The notes below the pieces were generated by a model, which did no database searches, was not told the origin of the DNA, and saw nothing but the letters and a program-made list of their open reading frames with translations. DNA of 64,000 nt from Octopus sinensis (lineage: Eukaryota), in NCBI RefSeq assembly GCF_006345805.1, contig NC_043022.1, positions 8,060,001-8,124,000 of the forward strand, given 5' to 3'. Positions 39,361-52,950 of this stretch are shown here, piece after piece. Every line of letters begins with the position of its first letter. Position 1 is the stretch's first letter. Made by a program: the position numbers and the translations under genes.

Positions 39361-39659
39361 TAATTGGTATGGCATTTATTCTGAGATTTTGAATGTTTCA
39401 ACAATAGATGGGTCAGATATATTAACATGCTGAAAACATATAACCATAAATATAATGATCATGTAATTTTAATCTGTATTACATGTGACCCACCTGTCAT
39501 CTCTTCAAGACCAGATGAATAAAATAACCATGTGATGTGCTTGTAGTCTCACATAGTCTGAGAGAGATGCTTAGTTCTGTATTTTCTTGCTGAATGTTTG
39601 CTTACATGATCAAATGTTCATATTGTTCATTAGCTCACTCCCTCCATCAAACTGGCTTT

Positions 39660-39832
39660 GCCTACATAAAGGTGCACAGTGTGCTGCACATCAAGTGTCG
39701 ATTGGGATCGCAGAACAATATCGTGAGATGAAGTGTTTTGCTCAAGAACACAACGCGTCACTCAATCCAAGAATAGAGACAACAATTTCGTGGTCATGAG
39801 TGCAACAGCCTACCACTGTGTCATGCACCCTC
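39660..39832 (-). mobile_element. SINE family D (tRNA-like head)
   Basis: Minus strand gggtgcatgacacagtggtagg...gtgttcttgagcaaaacacttcat; body shared with 59600-59830. Confidence 0.65.
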
Positions 39833-39974
39833 ACAAATCAAGCATGTAATGTAGCTTAAAATTGTATGATCATTATTTATATTTGTGGTTATGCTATATT
39901 CAACCATGTTAAATGACTTATCTGAGACATCTCTTGGAATAAATGTCATCCCAATATTTCATTCTTTTACTTGT

Positions 39975-40009
<35 letters not shown>

Positions 40010-40018
<9 letters not shown>

Positions 40019-40205
40019 ATATAAAATCCGTTCTGTCTGTCTGTGTGTGTGTGTCTTCTAGGATCTTGGGCATCCTCCATCCGATTGTGCTCAAATTTGA
40101 TATGTAGATACCGATGATATCAGGGCATGTATAAGTCTTGAAACAATTACAAAAATCGATTTCAGGTGAGAATGCGATCGATAAAGCCATGGGAAATCGA
40201 TTTTC
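40010..40205 (+). mobile_element. Helitron-like 5' fragment
   Basis: tatataaaatccgttctgtctgtctgt...ccgattgtgctcaaatttg resembles 5' ends of animal non-autonomous Helitrons; no 3' hairpin/CTRR found. Confidence 0.4.
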
Positions 40206-40207
40206 TT

Positions 40208-40305
40208 TAGAATAGAAAAGAAGTCTATCTTTATTTCTTCTTCTGCTGGTGTCTCATAGAATAGAAAAGAAGTCTATCTTTATTTCTTCTTCTGCTGGTG
40301 TCTCA
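40208..40305. repeat. Perfect 49-bp tandem duplication
   Basis: tagaatagaaaagaagtctatctttatttcttcttctgctggtgtctca x2. Confidence 0.95.
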
Positions 40306-40560
40306 TATTTAGGTTAAATCAGTGTTTCGCAAAGGGGAGGCCTATGGGACGGTCAGACAAGTTGTTTTGAGAAAATTTGGTTTAAATGTTTGACAACGCA
40401 GCACTGTCCATTGGACGGGGGACTTTTTGCCGAAATTGCGAGGATGATCCGGTTCTTGACTGAAGATTAGAGGCTTCGAATGACCCGTCCGTTTTTTGTG
40501 TCGTCTATTTGAATGTTTTGTGTTCTTGTCCCATTTTGTATTTTTATATATATTTTATAC

Positions 40561-40603
<43 letters not shown>

Positions 40604-40608
<5 letters not shown>

Positions 40609-41300
40609 GGTGAAAGAGATATTTGAGACTCTTAATTATCACTCTTCTATATTACTCTCTGTAAAGGCTTTTATTTCTTTCAAATCCCCATGGTAGATAA
40701 AATGTTAACACAAGAAATGAAAAGACACGCAGTCATTGTTGTCATATAAGTGAAACACAGTGATTTGGAAATTGCCAACTTTCTAAATGGATGGAACAGG
40801 AAGCTTCTGGTAGGAATGTTTCAGCTGTATGAAAGAGAGAAAGACATATTCTAAACATTTGAATAAAACAAGAACACTGCAATTCAGTGGATTCAGAATC
40901 TTATTAATAATAATCCCAGAAAATCAGTGAGGAGGGCCATCGAGAAAAACTTCAGATGTTGGTGTGACCTTTAAAACTGCAGTGCATGAGGACGTTTAAT
41001 ACAGGTCATGTCTACTGAGGAGAAGCCAATTAATGTTGCTTGATCCATGCCAAATGGTTACTTAACAAGGTTACAATCCCTTATAAACATGGCATGCTTT
41101 GAAGATTTTCTGATGAGAAAAACAACCAGACCAAAAATCTAACAGGAGAATTGACAGAGGGTTATGTGCAGATCCTTCTGATGTCCCCAGAGTGATGCAT
41201 GCTATGTTTCCAGCAACTGTGGTGGTTTTATAGGAGTGATGAGTAATGAAGGTCGCGTTGTGTTCCCTCCAATCTTTCAGTAAGGTCTAATATTGATTTC
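40604..41300 (+). pseudogene. Degraded Tc1/mariner (maT/DD37D-like) transposase
   Basis: TA-CAGGGTG end; MKRHAVIVVI*VKHSDLEIANFL; FSDEK; LCADPSDVPRVMH..FPATVVV..V.SNEG. Confidence 0.8.
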
Positions 41301-42050
41301 AGTACCATTACTAGATGTGTGAGCTATCTCCAAAATCATAAAAAATCTTTTCATTTCACCTGGTCTTTAAATCAGAATGTTCTTTGTTGCTAGGAAAAAA
41401 AACTGAGAACATCCCTCAGTTGGTTATGTGAAGTAGTTAAAAAATATTGAGGGAAGTTTCGTTCAAACTTTAGCCCTTTCGCAGCTAAGCAACTACAACA
41501 ACTGGTGTCTTTCTTTTCCTGTAGAATAGCTGTTACAGATAGCAATAGATATCCTGGTTCCTGTTATATTACTCATCTTTCCGACAGTATTCCAAACTAG
41601 CCAAAAACTGCCACCACCACCACCACCATTACCACCACCATCACACCGTTCTGTTGGATCAATATCTCTGTATAGACTGACCTGATAGAGACAACCGTAG
41701 AATATATGTGGCTGAAAAACATTTTGTATCCACCACAGTTTGAAAACAATTTCACCAACTCCTGTAAGCTATCCTTAGTCAACAGACTGTTTTTGACAAG
41801 AGTATGATGAAGACCAACCCCTTTCAGATGAAAAGTTATTGATGATAACATTAGAAAATGTACTAAAAAATGTGAAAACTCATATTAGAATATCAATACA
41901 TGTCTGTATATTATTGTTGTTACCCTGAAGGAATATTTAGGAGATATTTGCAAATTATGCAACAATTATAAGCAATCTGGGTGGATACTGACTCTAGAAC
42001 AGAGTGTAATAAATTTACACTACAGAATAAAAGCAGTTAAATGCCTTTTA

Positions 42051-42505
42051 TCATCATCATCAGTTAACATCTAATTTTCTATGCTGGCATGGGTGGGATG
42101 ATTTCACTGGCACTGGCAAGCCAGAGGGCTTCATCAAGCTCTGCTAGGGTTGTTTTGTTGAAATAAAATTCTTCAAAGCAATGCTCCAGCATGGCTGCTG
42201 TCTAATGACTGAAACAAGTAGAAAGTAAAACAAAAGATATCATCATCATTACCACCACCACAACCACCACCATCATCATCATCATTATTGTCATTTAGCA
42301 TCTGTCTTCCATCTGGCATGAGTTGGATAGTCTGACAGCCAGAGGGCTGCAGCAAGCTCCACTGGGGTTGATTTGTTCAAATAAAATTCTTCAAGGCAGG
42401 GCTCCAGTATGGCCACTGTCTAATGACTGAAACAAGTCGTCATTTTTATATCCGTTTTCCATGTTGGTATTGGTTGGATGTGGCAGGAACTGGTATGCCA
42501 GAGGA
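42051..42505. repeat. 2.4 tandem copies of a chimeric unit: RTE tail (minus) fused to SINE A tail (plus)
   Basis: Units at 42051, 42270, 42440 share the junction ccagagggct.ca.caagctc...ggttg.tttgtt.aaataaaattcttcaa. Confidence 0.7.
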
Positions 42506-43510
42506 TGATGGTGGTGGTGGCAATGGAGGTGGTGGTGGTGGTGGTACTAATTGTGATGACAGTGGTGGTAGTGATGGTGGTGGTGGTAACAGTGGTGATG
42601 GTGGTGGCAGTTCTGGTTCTTGCTTTGGTGATGGTGGTGGTGGTGGTGATAATAGTAGTGGTTCTGGTTCTGGTTCTGGTGGTAGTGGTGGTGGTGACAG
42701 TGGTGATGATGGTGGCAGTTCTGGTTCTGGCTTTGGTGATGGTGGTGGTGATAGTATTGTTGGTAGTGGCAGTGGTGGTGGTGGCTTTGGTGATGGTGGT
42801 GGTGATAATAGTAGTGGTTCTGGTTCTGGTGATGGTGGTGGTGGTGGTGATGGAGGTGGTGGTGGTGGTGATAGTGGTTGTGGCAGTGGTCGTGGTAGTG
42901 GTGATGAATGTAGTGGTGATGGAAATGGTGGTGATGGTGGAGGTGGTTGGTCAACAGTAATGATGTTGGGAACTGGTGGTGGTGGTAATGGCGATATTAA
43001 ATGTGCTGGTGGTGGTAGTCTTTGGTCACATGATAACAGTGTTAGGGTAATGAAGACATGTGCAGGGGGTCAAGACGGGAGGGGGGGCTCAGTCTATGTG
43101 GAGTTGCAGCAATTGGCCAAAAGTAGAAAATTAAACTGGACAAGCCAAATATCTGATCATCATCATCACCATCATCATGAACACCACCATTATCACCATC
43201 AACACCATCACCACCACTATCACCATCACCGTGACCACCACTACAACCACCATCACCACCATTGTTACCAACAACAGTACTACAATTATCACTACCACCA
43301 TCACCATCACCACTATCACCACAGTACTCCACCACCACCTTATCACCACTACCACCCTCACTAACACCATCATTACCACTATAACCACAACCACCACTAC
43401 CACCACCAACACCACCACTACCATCATCACTACCACCACCACTACCACTACAAATCCCCACCACCACCACCATCACCACCACTACCACCACAACCACCAC
43501 CAACAACAAT
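42506..43510. repeat. GGT-rich tract followed by a complementary CAC/ACC-rich tract
   Basis: Direct inspection; strand composition flips at about 43080-43150. Confidence 0.9.
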
Positions 43511-43559
43511 ACCAGATCATATTTACATGCTACAAAGAAATTTTGTAATAATTCAAATT

Positions 43560-44990
43560 TTTAATTTTCTCCCTCCCCCCTCTGACCCCATACATCTGTG
43601 ATGTTGACATCTTTTACCTTATTCTTTCTTTATCCTTTTCTTCCTTGCCTTATCTTCCTTTTTTACTTTCTTCCACTCTTTCATTCATTCCCCCCTCACT
43701 TTCATAACTTTTGTTCTTAACTTCATTCTAGCTTTCTTTGAATTGTTTTCCTTCCTTAAATTCTTCTTTTTCTTCCTAGCAACTTTCCTCCCTTCTCCAC
43801 TTATTCCCTCATATTTAGTATTGTTTTTGTCTTCTTTTTTCTTTCATTTTCTTTCCTTGACTCTTTCCTTCACTCTTTCTAAATTTTCTTCCTTGCCTTT
43901 TTTACTCTCTTTCTTTCGTGAATTTTTCTTTCTTGATATCTATCCCTCATACATTCCTGTCTCCTTTCTCTCTTTTTTCCTTCATTCTTCATATCCTATA
44001 TTCTTTTTTCTTTCTTCCTTTTCTATTCTTTCATTTTTACATTTTTCTTTTTCTTTCACTCATTCAATCTTGACATGTATCTTTCATTCATTCCTGTTTT
44101 TTTTTTTATTTTTTCACCCTTCTCTTCATTCTTCTTTACATTTTTCTCTTTTTCTTTCTTTCCTTCTTTTTCTTCTTCATTCTGCATATCTAACATTTCT
44201 TCCTTTCTCTCTTTCATTTATTCATTCTAGACAGCTATCTTTCATCCATTCATGTTTTTCCTTTCTTTCATTCTTTCCTTCCTTCTGCTTTACCTTACAT
44301 TCCATCATTCTTCCTCTTTTTCTTCGTTTCCCTCTTTTTCCTCTCCATTTTACGCCCCTAACATTTCTTTTCTTTTTCTTTCTTCTACTTCACTTTCTCT
44401 TTACTTCCTTCTATTTTTCTCTTTCACTTCACTTTTTGTTTCTTTCCTTCTTTCTATCATTCATTCCATCCTTGACAACTATCTGTCATTCATTGCTGTC
44501 TTTTCTTTCTCTCATTCTACCCTTCATTCTTTGTTACTTTACATTCCTTCATTCTTCATATCTATCATTTATTCCTTCCTTTCTTTCACTCATTCATCAT
44601 TGACAACTATCTTTCATTCATTACTCTCTTTTCTTTCTCTCATTCTTCCCTTCATTCTTCATATCAAACATTTCTTTCTTTCTTTCACTCATTCATCCTT
44701 GACAACTATATTTCATTCATTCCTGCCTCTTCTTTCTCTCATTCTCCCCTTCATTCTTCACATCTAACATTTCTTCCTTCCTTTCCTCCTTCTTTATTTC
44801 TCTTTTACTTCCTTCTTTCATTCTTTTTTCATTCTTCACATCTCTTTCAATTCTTCCTTCATATCTTTTTATTCTCTCGCTCACTGCATATCTTGCCCTC
44901 CTTCTCTTCCCCCTCCCTTTCATTCCCTCCTCACTCCCCCCCTTCTCTCCTTATCCCCATATATTTATTACGCTTTCTGCCCCTTTTCCT
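43560..44990 (+). repeat. 1.4-kb polypyrimidine tract with hidden ~100-150-bp tandem units
   Basis: ttgacaactat(c)t(t/g)tcattcatt recurs at about 44070, 44228, 44473, 44600, 44699. Confidence 0.85.
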
Positions 44991-45176
44991 ATATTTCTAG
45001 TATTTCTACATCCTAATTCATAATTAACCTCGTTGATTTATGGATGGGTTCTTTGAGGTGGTTGGCAGCTTGATTTGCTGGCTGGCTGGCTAGATGGCTG
45101 CCTGGCTAGATGGCTGCCTGGCTAGATGGCTGCCTGGCTGGTTTACTGTCTGGGAAGGTGGAAGAAGCAGACCTGG

Positions 45177-46654
<1,478 letters not shown>

Positions 46655-46659
<5 letters not shown>

Positions 46660-47410
46660 AGTCATCCCATAAATAATGCGTTTTTTTTTATACTTCTTTT
46701 ATTTTTCAAAATTAAGATAAATGAAGTTCTCTTTTAATCTAAAATCTTTTACAATGCTCGTCCATCTATCTGGTAGGCTTGCAAGGACCCTATTCCAAAA
46801 TTCACTTGTCTGTGACAAAGACTACTCCTCCAGTACTGTTCTGATCTCATCCCCAGGATTCATATATTTTCTGTCTAAATGATTTTGAAGACTGTGGAAT
46901 AAACGGTAATCAGATGGAACAATGTCTGGCATATATGATGGGTGGGGCATCATTTCCCATTCAAACTGCTCTGGCTATTGGAATGTCATGCTCACTGTAT
47001 GTGGCTGAGCATTATCCTGATGGAAGAACACCTTTAGTCTTGAAACCAAAGATGGTTGTTTTTCTTCTAGCGCTGACTTAAGCTGCTCAAGCTGCTCACA
47101 GTAGAACTTCTTTGTTATCATTTGGTTTGGGTTTAAAAGTTCAAAGTGCACTGAACCTTTTATATCCCACCAGACATATAACAATACCTTACGTGGGTGA
47201 AGACCTTCTTTAACCTGGGTCCTACCCACTGTCTTCAGTGCTTGATATTTTCATAGGGAACTCATTTCTCATCACCAGTCACTACTCAGTTCAAAAAAGG
47301 TTAATTTGTAAGATGTGACAGCAAAGAAGAGCATGCATTCACTCTCTGCACACAATTAGACTCGCAGAGTTTGTGAGGAACCCATTGATCCAATTTGAGC
47401 CACAGAAATG
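46655..47410 (-). pseudogene. Degraded mariner transposase element
   Basis: ORF 46975-47229 LHPRKVLLYVWWDIKGSVHFELL...FYCEQLEQL...FFHQDNAQPHT; WVPHKL motif at 47370-47400; TIR tattgagtcatcccataaataatgc. Confidence 0.9.
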
Positions 47411-47429
47411 GCACAAAAAAGGTCACTTA

Positions 47430-47675
47430 GACCCTTGAGCATTTAAACTGGCCATATCTGGCCCAAATATTCTACCTGTTTTATGTTCAAACTGGCCACA
47501 TCTGGCCTCTCACACCTGCCCTACAATGTTGTTCTTAAAGTAAACAATCACATCATTGAAATCTTGTAGTTGCAAGATAATGCATGATTAATTAAAAGCA
47601 ATGTGAATAAAAAAGCATTAAATAGTTAAACTAGCCATGTCTGGCCCAAATATTCTACCTGTTTTGATGTTGAGA
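47430..47675 (+). mobile_element. piggyBac-like MITE fragments, restart of the same end twice
   Basis: cccttgagcatttaaactggccatatctggcccaaatattctacctgtttt and a second aaactagccatgtctggcccaaatattctacctgtttt. Confidence 0.45.
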
Positions 47676-47684
47676 TGCATGTGC

Positions 47685-47991
47685 CTGGTGTAACTTTCTT
47701 AGATGGGTAGTCATGATGGGTGTACTAGGCTTCGTACATTTTACCCCAGTGTCACTTAGATGACATGCACTGCTCCCTCACTCAATAATAATAATAATAA
47801 TAGTAATAATAATAATAATGATAATAATGATGATAATAATAATATTGATAATAATAATAATAATAATAATAAAAATAGTAATAATGATGATGATGATGAT
47901 AGTAATAATAATAATTATATTGATAATAATGATGATGATGATGATAATAATAATAATAATAATATTGATAATAATGATGATGAAGATGACG

Positions 47992-48024
<33 letters not shown>

Positions 48025-48025
48025 C
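47685..48025 (+). mobile_element. LINE 3' end with (AAT)n tail
   Basis: gggtagtcatgatgggtgtactaggcttcgtacattttaccccagtgtcac...ctcactc followed directly by (aat)n. Confidence 0.5.
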
Positions 48026-48029
48026 TAGT

Positions 48030-48423
48030 TATTTCTACTCTAGGCACAAGGCCCGAAACATTTTGGGGAAGGGGACTAGTCGATTACATCGACCCCAGTG
48101 TTTCACTGGTACTTAATTTATCAACCCAGAAAGGATGAAAGACAAAGTCGACCTTGGTGGAATGTGAACTTGAAGTATAAAAGCAGACAAAATACCTATT
48201 TCTTTACTACCCACAAGGGGCTAAACACAGGGAGGACAAACAAGGACAGACAAACGGATTAAGTCGATTATATCGACCCCAGTGCGTAACTGGTACTTAT
48301 TTAATCGATCCCGAAAGGATGAAAGGCAAAGTCGACCTCGGCGGAATTTGAACTCAGAACGTAGCGGCAGACAAAATACTGTTATTTCGCCAGGCACGCT
48401 AATGATTCTGCCAGCTTGCCGCC

Positions 48424-48424
<1 letters not shown>
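48030..48424 (-). mobile_element. SINE B head-to-tail dimer (full B1 at 48197-48424 plus headless B2)
   Basis: Minus-strand junction gtagtaaagaaata|ggtattttgtc. Confidence 0.85.
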
Positions 48425-48502
<78 letters not shown>

Positions 48503-48972
48503 CAACAATGACTATGATGATGAGGATAAAACTACAAAAGCATCAGAAAACCCAAGAACCAAACAAATTTCATAATTCTTATGGGTATCAATACTTCAAA
48601 ATAATTTTAGTTTTCTGTATTTATTACTTTCATTTTATGTTGTTATTGCTGTTTTTTTCTAATGGTTGGTGTGTGTGTGTGACGGTGGTGGTGGTGGTGG
48701 TGGTGGGAGGGCTTCTACCTCTTGTTTTGTCTTTTCAACAACAATTAAAGTTTTGGTTATATAATGATATGTTTTTGAAAATAGAAATTTATTGATTTGA
48801 CAGAAAGAAAATACATAAAAAAAAAAATCACCAACACCAACAACAACAGCAGCAGCAACTGTAACAATAATAACAATAGAAAAATTTACAAAACTGGGCA
48901 AACTAGATAAGTTTTCAATAGAATTATTATTTCCCTGAAGTATATCGTGTGTGTGTGTGTATGTATGTGTAC

Positions 48973-49013
<41 letters not shown>

Positions 49014-49524
49014 CATATTTGTATATGTATGATATATATACACATATGTATGTATATGTATGATATATATATACATATGTATGTGTGTATACATATGCAT
49101 ATATATATATATATACACATATGTATATGCATTAATATATATATGTGTGTGTGTGTATATATATATATAAAATATCTAGTATATATTTCATAAGGCTTTA
49201 TGTTTATCACAATATCATCATTGTTGTCACCATCATCATCATTTTCCCCATCATCATCATCTCCTCATCACCATCATCCTCATCATAGTTTTATAGTTTC
49301 CTATCAGCTTTGCATGATGGCATGATTGGTTGTGTTGTCAGGGTTAGCGGTCAGAAGTACCTCTCACCTAAATGGGTCAAAGAAACCTCATTTCATTAAT
49401 GTTTCATTTTAGGCTGGGCTTCTACGGTTGGATGTCCTTCCAAACGCCAACCTCTTTTCAGTGTGTTTTGAGTACCGTATTCATAGCACCAGCACTAGAC
49501 ATGTTGCTATGTCTTCAACTAGAC

Positions 49525-49781
49525 CAGTTGGTTCTCAACCAGGGTCCATGTGACCCTTGTTGGTCCATATAAGATTTTGTCATTAAAATTTATGCGATAA
49601 ATTATTTATGCTTCTTCAATAGACAAAATGTTTTAACAATTTTTCAAATACAATTCCTAATAATATTTAATTATAAAAATACAGTAGGATGTTTTTTCTA
49701 CACATTGAGTGGCTATGGAGGTCCAGCGGATAAAGTAGAGATGAAAAGGATCCATAGGCAAAAAATGGTTGAGAACCACTG
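49525..49781 (+). mobile_element. hAT (Charlie-like) MITE
   Basis: TIRs cagttggttctcaacc / ggttgagaaccactg. Confidence 0.85.
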
Positions 49782-49861
49782 CTTTAAAGAATTACAACCT
49801 TCACAACATAAGAAAAAATTGCTTATGCTTCTACAATACTCAAAATATCCTTTCCTTTTCT

Positions 49862-50130
49862 AGTCTAGGCACAAGGCCTGATATTTTGGGGGAGGGGGCC
49901 AGTCAATTAGATCGACCCCAGTATGCAACTGGTACTTAATTCATTGACCCAAAAAGGATGAAAAGCAAAGCTGACCACAGGACAATTTGAACTCAGAACA
50001 TAAAATGCCGGGAAAAATGCCGTTAAGCAAAGTTGACCTTGGCAGAATTTGAACACAGAATGTAAAGACAGATGTAATACCGTTAAGCAGTTCACCTTGT
50101 GTGCTAATGTTTCTGCCAGCTTGCTGCCTT
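49862..50130 (-). mobile_element. SINE B2 with internal duplication
   Basis: ctaggcacaaggcctg...gacccaaaaaggatgaaaagc...aatttgaactcagaac appears twice. Confidence 0.8.
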
Positions 50131-50134
50131 ACAA

Positions 50135-50638
50135 TACCCAGAATATTATAACAGTTATTTTTATACAATTCCTAATAATATTTAATTATAAAAATACAAC
50201 AAGATCTTTTTTTAATTCAATGGCTTTAGTAAAATAACTTGTCGTTATACAGCTGGTATTTGGAGCATAAATTAACAAGAAATTTTGAAGAATGGTTTTA
50301 ATTTAGATTACTTTAATTCCTATTGTTACCCTATTTCTGTTCCAATTAATTTTGAAAATAATGACATATTTAGTAAAAATAACTTGTCATTATTCAGCTG
50401 GTGTTTGGAGCATAAATTAGAATCAAATTTTGACGGAAGGTTTTTAGATCACTTTAACACTTTGGACACAATATTTTTGTTGAATTACACTTCCTTTGTT
50501 TCAGTTAATTTTGAAAATAAAGAAGAATTTATCAATATAACCTACTTACCAATTCAGGTATTTATGTGGTCTTGTAACCCAGTAGAGTAAAATAGGAGCC
50601 AAAGGGGTACATAAGCAAAATATGGTTGAGAACCACTG
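50135..50638 (+). mobile_element. hAT MITE remnant containing tandem piggyBac-like MITE pieces
   Basis: Ends ggttgagaaccactg; 50135-50200 duplicates 49640-49690; attaattttgaaaataa/ttggagcataaatta units repeat and match 51480-51705 (minus). Confidence 0.55.
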
Positions 50639-50699
50639 AACTAAACTAATGGGTCACTCAACCTCATGCTTTTTAAGTTCACAAAGTGTGTTTTTCATG

Positions 50700-51105
50700 A
50701 TACTAACAATAGTAATAGAAGCTAACTATGAGTGTTGTGAGCATGAACAAGTCAGAATAGTTTTAGAGGCTTCATGTTTGAAGGATTAAAACAGAAATTC
50801 TAAAATGAGATTAGTTGATGTGTGAGTTTTGATATTCCTGGCAGGGACCTCTTCTTTAAAGAAATGCCACATGCCAAAATATGAGAAATAACCTCTCTTC
50901 CTGGCAACATAAACATAATTATAGGGGGAGAATTCACGAAAAAAAAAACAAAAGACGAAGACAGATGGTGTAGAAAACAAACAGATGTATTAGTATAACA
51001 CTTGGGAATTGAAAATGTCTTTTACATTTCGAGCCTACGCTCTTCCACAGAAAGGAGCACAGAAAGAAACAAGGAGAGAGAAAAATGTGTGTAGTGGCGA
51101 ATGCC
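50700..51105 (-). mobile_element. PLE-like terminal repeat reading on into the 5' leader
   Basis: Minus strand cttt CTGTGGA A GAGC GTAG GCTC GAAAT GTA aaag (51017-51054); 50740-50910 homologous to 56700-56900. Confidence 0.7.
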
Positions 51106-52253
51106 AGACTAATTATACCATTTTATATTTTTGAGATGAGGAAATTATATTATGTACACTGTGTATATTTGTTGGCCTTGTGTCCTCATCTTGGTTGTTG
51201 TTTTTACTACATTTTGACTGTTGTATGCTCCAGCCTTTTTCAGGTGTCTTGTGTTGAACTTGGTTGCTGTTTTGGAATTTTGAAACTATTATGGTAGATG
51301 GAGTGAATGAGGTGATGACAGGCAGTACTAAGGGAAAGCGAAAGTAAAGTCTACTGAACATAGTTGATCCAATGCAGCTATCCATATAAGGTTCTGAAAT
51401 GGATTGGAGAGGTCAAATAATGAGAACGGTAGCTGGGGTCATGGGAAGTCAGTTACTTTAATACATTCTTCCCTATTTCCAAATTTAATTGAAAGAAGTG
51501 AAGTATGGTTCAATGGAACTGTGGTAACAAATTAATTAATGTGATCTAAATTAAGACCTTACATCAAAAATTTCATCTTAATTTATGTTTCTAACTTCAG
51601 CTTCATCACGACAAAATTAGTATACTGAATTTGTCATTATTTTCAAAATTAATTGAAACGAAGCCAATGTATTTCAACAGAAATATGGTAATAAAAGTGT
51701 TAAAAATATTTATAAATTTTTTAAGGGATTTATCTTAATCTCATCTAGTTGATCAATCTAGTCGTTTAGATTAGTAGTCTTTTATATTAATTATAAAAAT
51801 CTTCATTATGATAAATGCTTTTAGCTAGTGTATGTGATATCAAGTCTGCTATTAACATTGGCCTGGGGCCTATTGTCAAAGAAATAATTAGATCTGACTA
51901 GTTTATGCTTATTCAACTTCAACTGGATATGATTTTATTTCCACAGCAAAACAGGTCTGCCAAACCATTTTTCAATTCCAAATTGGAATTCATCATTATC
52001 ATCCTTTAACGTCTACTTTTCTGTGCTTGCATGGATCAGACAAAGTTTATTTGAGGCAGATTTTCTACAGCTACATCCCCTTTTCATCACCAAGCCTCAC
52101 CTGTTTCCAAGTAAGGTAACATTCCCTCATGGCAGGCCGTGCACTTGTAGAATATTGGAAATGACTGACACTGCTTGCATGACAGTCACTCCCCTTTACA
52201 ATTAACACACAATGTCAGCAGAAGAAGACACTAACACAAACATATACATATAA

Positions 52254-52667
52254 GACGGCGAGCTGGCAGAAACGTTAGCACGCTGGGTGAAATGCTTAGT
52301 GGTATTTCGTCTGCCATTACATTCTGAGTTCAAATTCCGCCGAGGTCGACTTTACCTTTCATCTTTTTGGGGTTGATTAAATAAGTACCAGTTACGCACT
52401 GGGGTCGATATAATCGACTTAATCCATTTGTCTGTCCTTGTTCGTCCCCTCTATGTTTAGTCCCTTGTGGGTAGTAAAGAAATAGGTATTTCGTTTGCTG
52501 CTGCATTCTGAGTTCAAATTCTGCCGAGGTCGACTTTGCTATTCATCCTTTCGGGGTTGATAAATTAAGTACCAGTATGCACTGAGGTCGATGTAATCAA
52601 TTTAATCCATTTATCTGTCCTTGTTTGTCCCCTCTATGATTAGCCCCTTGAGGGCAATAAAGAAATA
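52254..52667 (+). mobile_element. SINE B head-to-tail dimer (full 52254-52484 plus headless 52485-52667)
   Basis: Junction gtagtaaagaaata|ggtatttcg, same as at 48197. Confidence 0.9.
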
Positions 52668-52714
52668 ACAAACATATACATATATACATACACAAACATA
52701 CACATATATACATA

Positions 52715-52890
52715 CATTCATCCATTGTTTTTTTTATTTGTTCTCCACTTTTTTCGTCTCAGGCCTTTTTGTCAAAGAACATTAGTTTGAAATGTCAAAG
52801 ATTTATCCTGTGTTCCCGAGCATTAATCTAATACACTTGCTTGTTGTTCCCTCACCTGTCTTTGTCTTTTGTTTTCTGTAAATTTGAACT
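52715..52890 (+). mobile_element. Decayed PLE-like terminal repeat
   Basis: ctaatacacttgcttgttgttccctcacctgtctttgtcttttgttttctgtaaatttgaac then (TA); matches 24560-24650. Confidence 0.6.
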
Positions 52891-52950
52891 ATATATATGT
52901 ATGTGTGTGTACATATACATACATACATACATACATACATACATACATAC

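Noticed and set aside
41108-41125. CTGATGA core at about 41111 and at 38434
   Set aside because: The first is the FSDEK codon string of a Tc1 transposase; the second lies in a hAT MITE with no GAAA or stems.
43743-44767. 286-aa and 171-aa Phe/Leu/Ser-rich 'membrane protein' ORFs
   Set aside because: Translation of a polypyrimidine tract.
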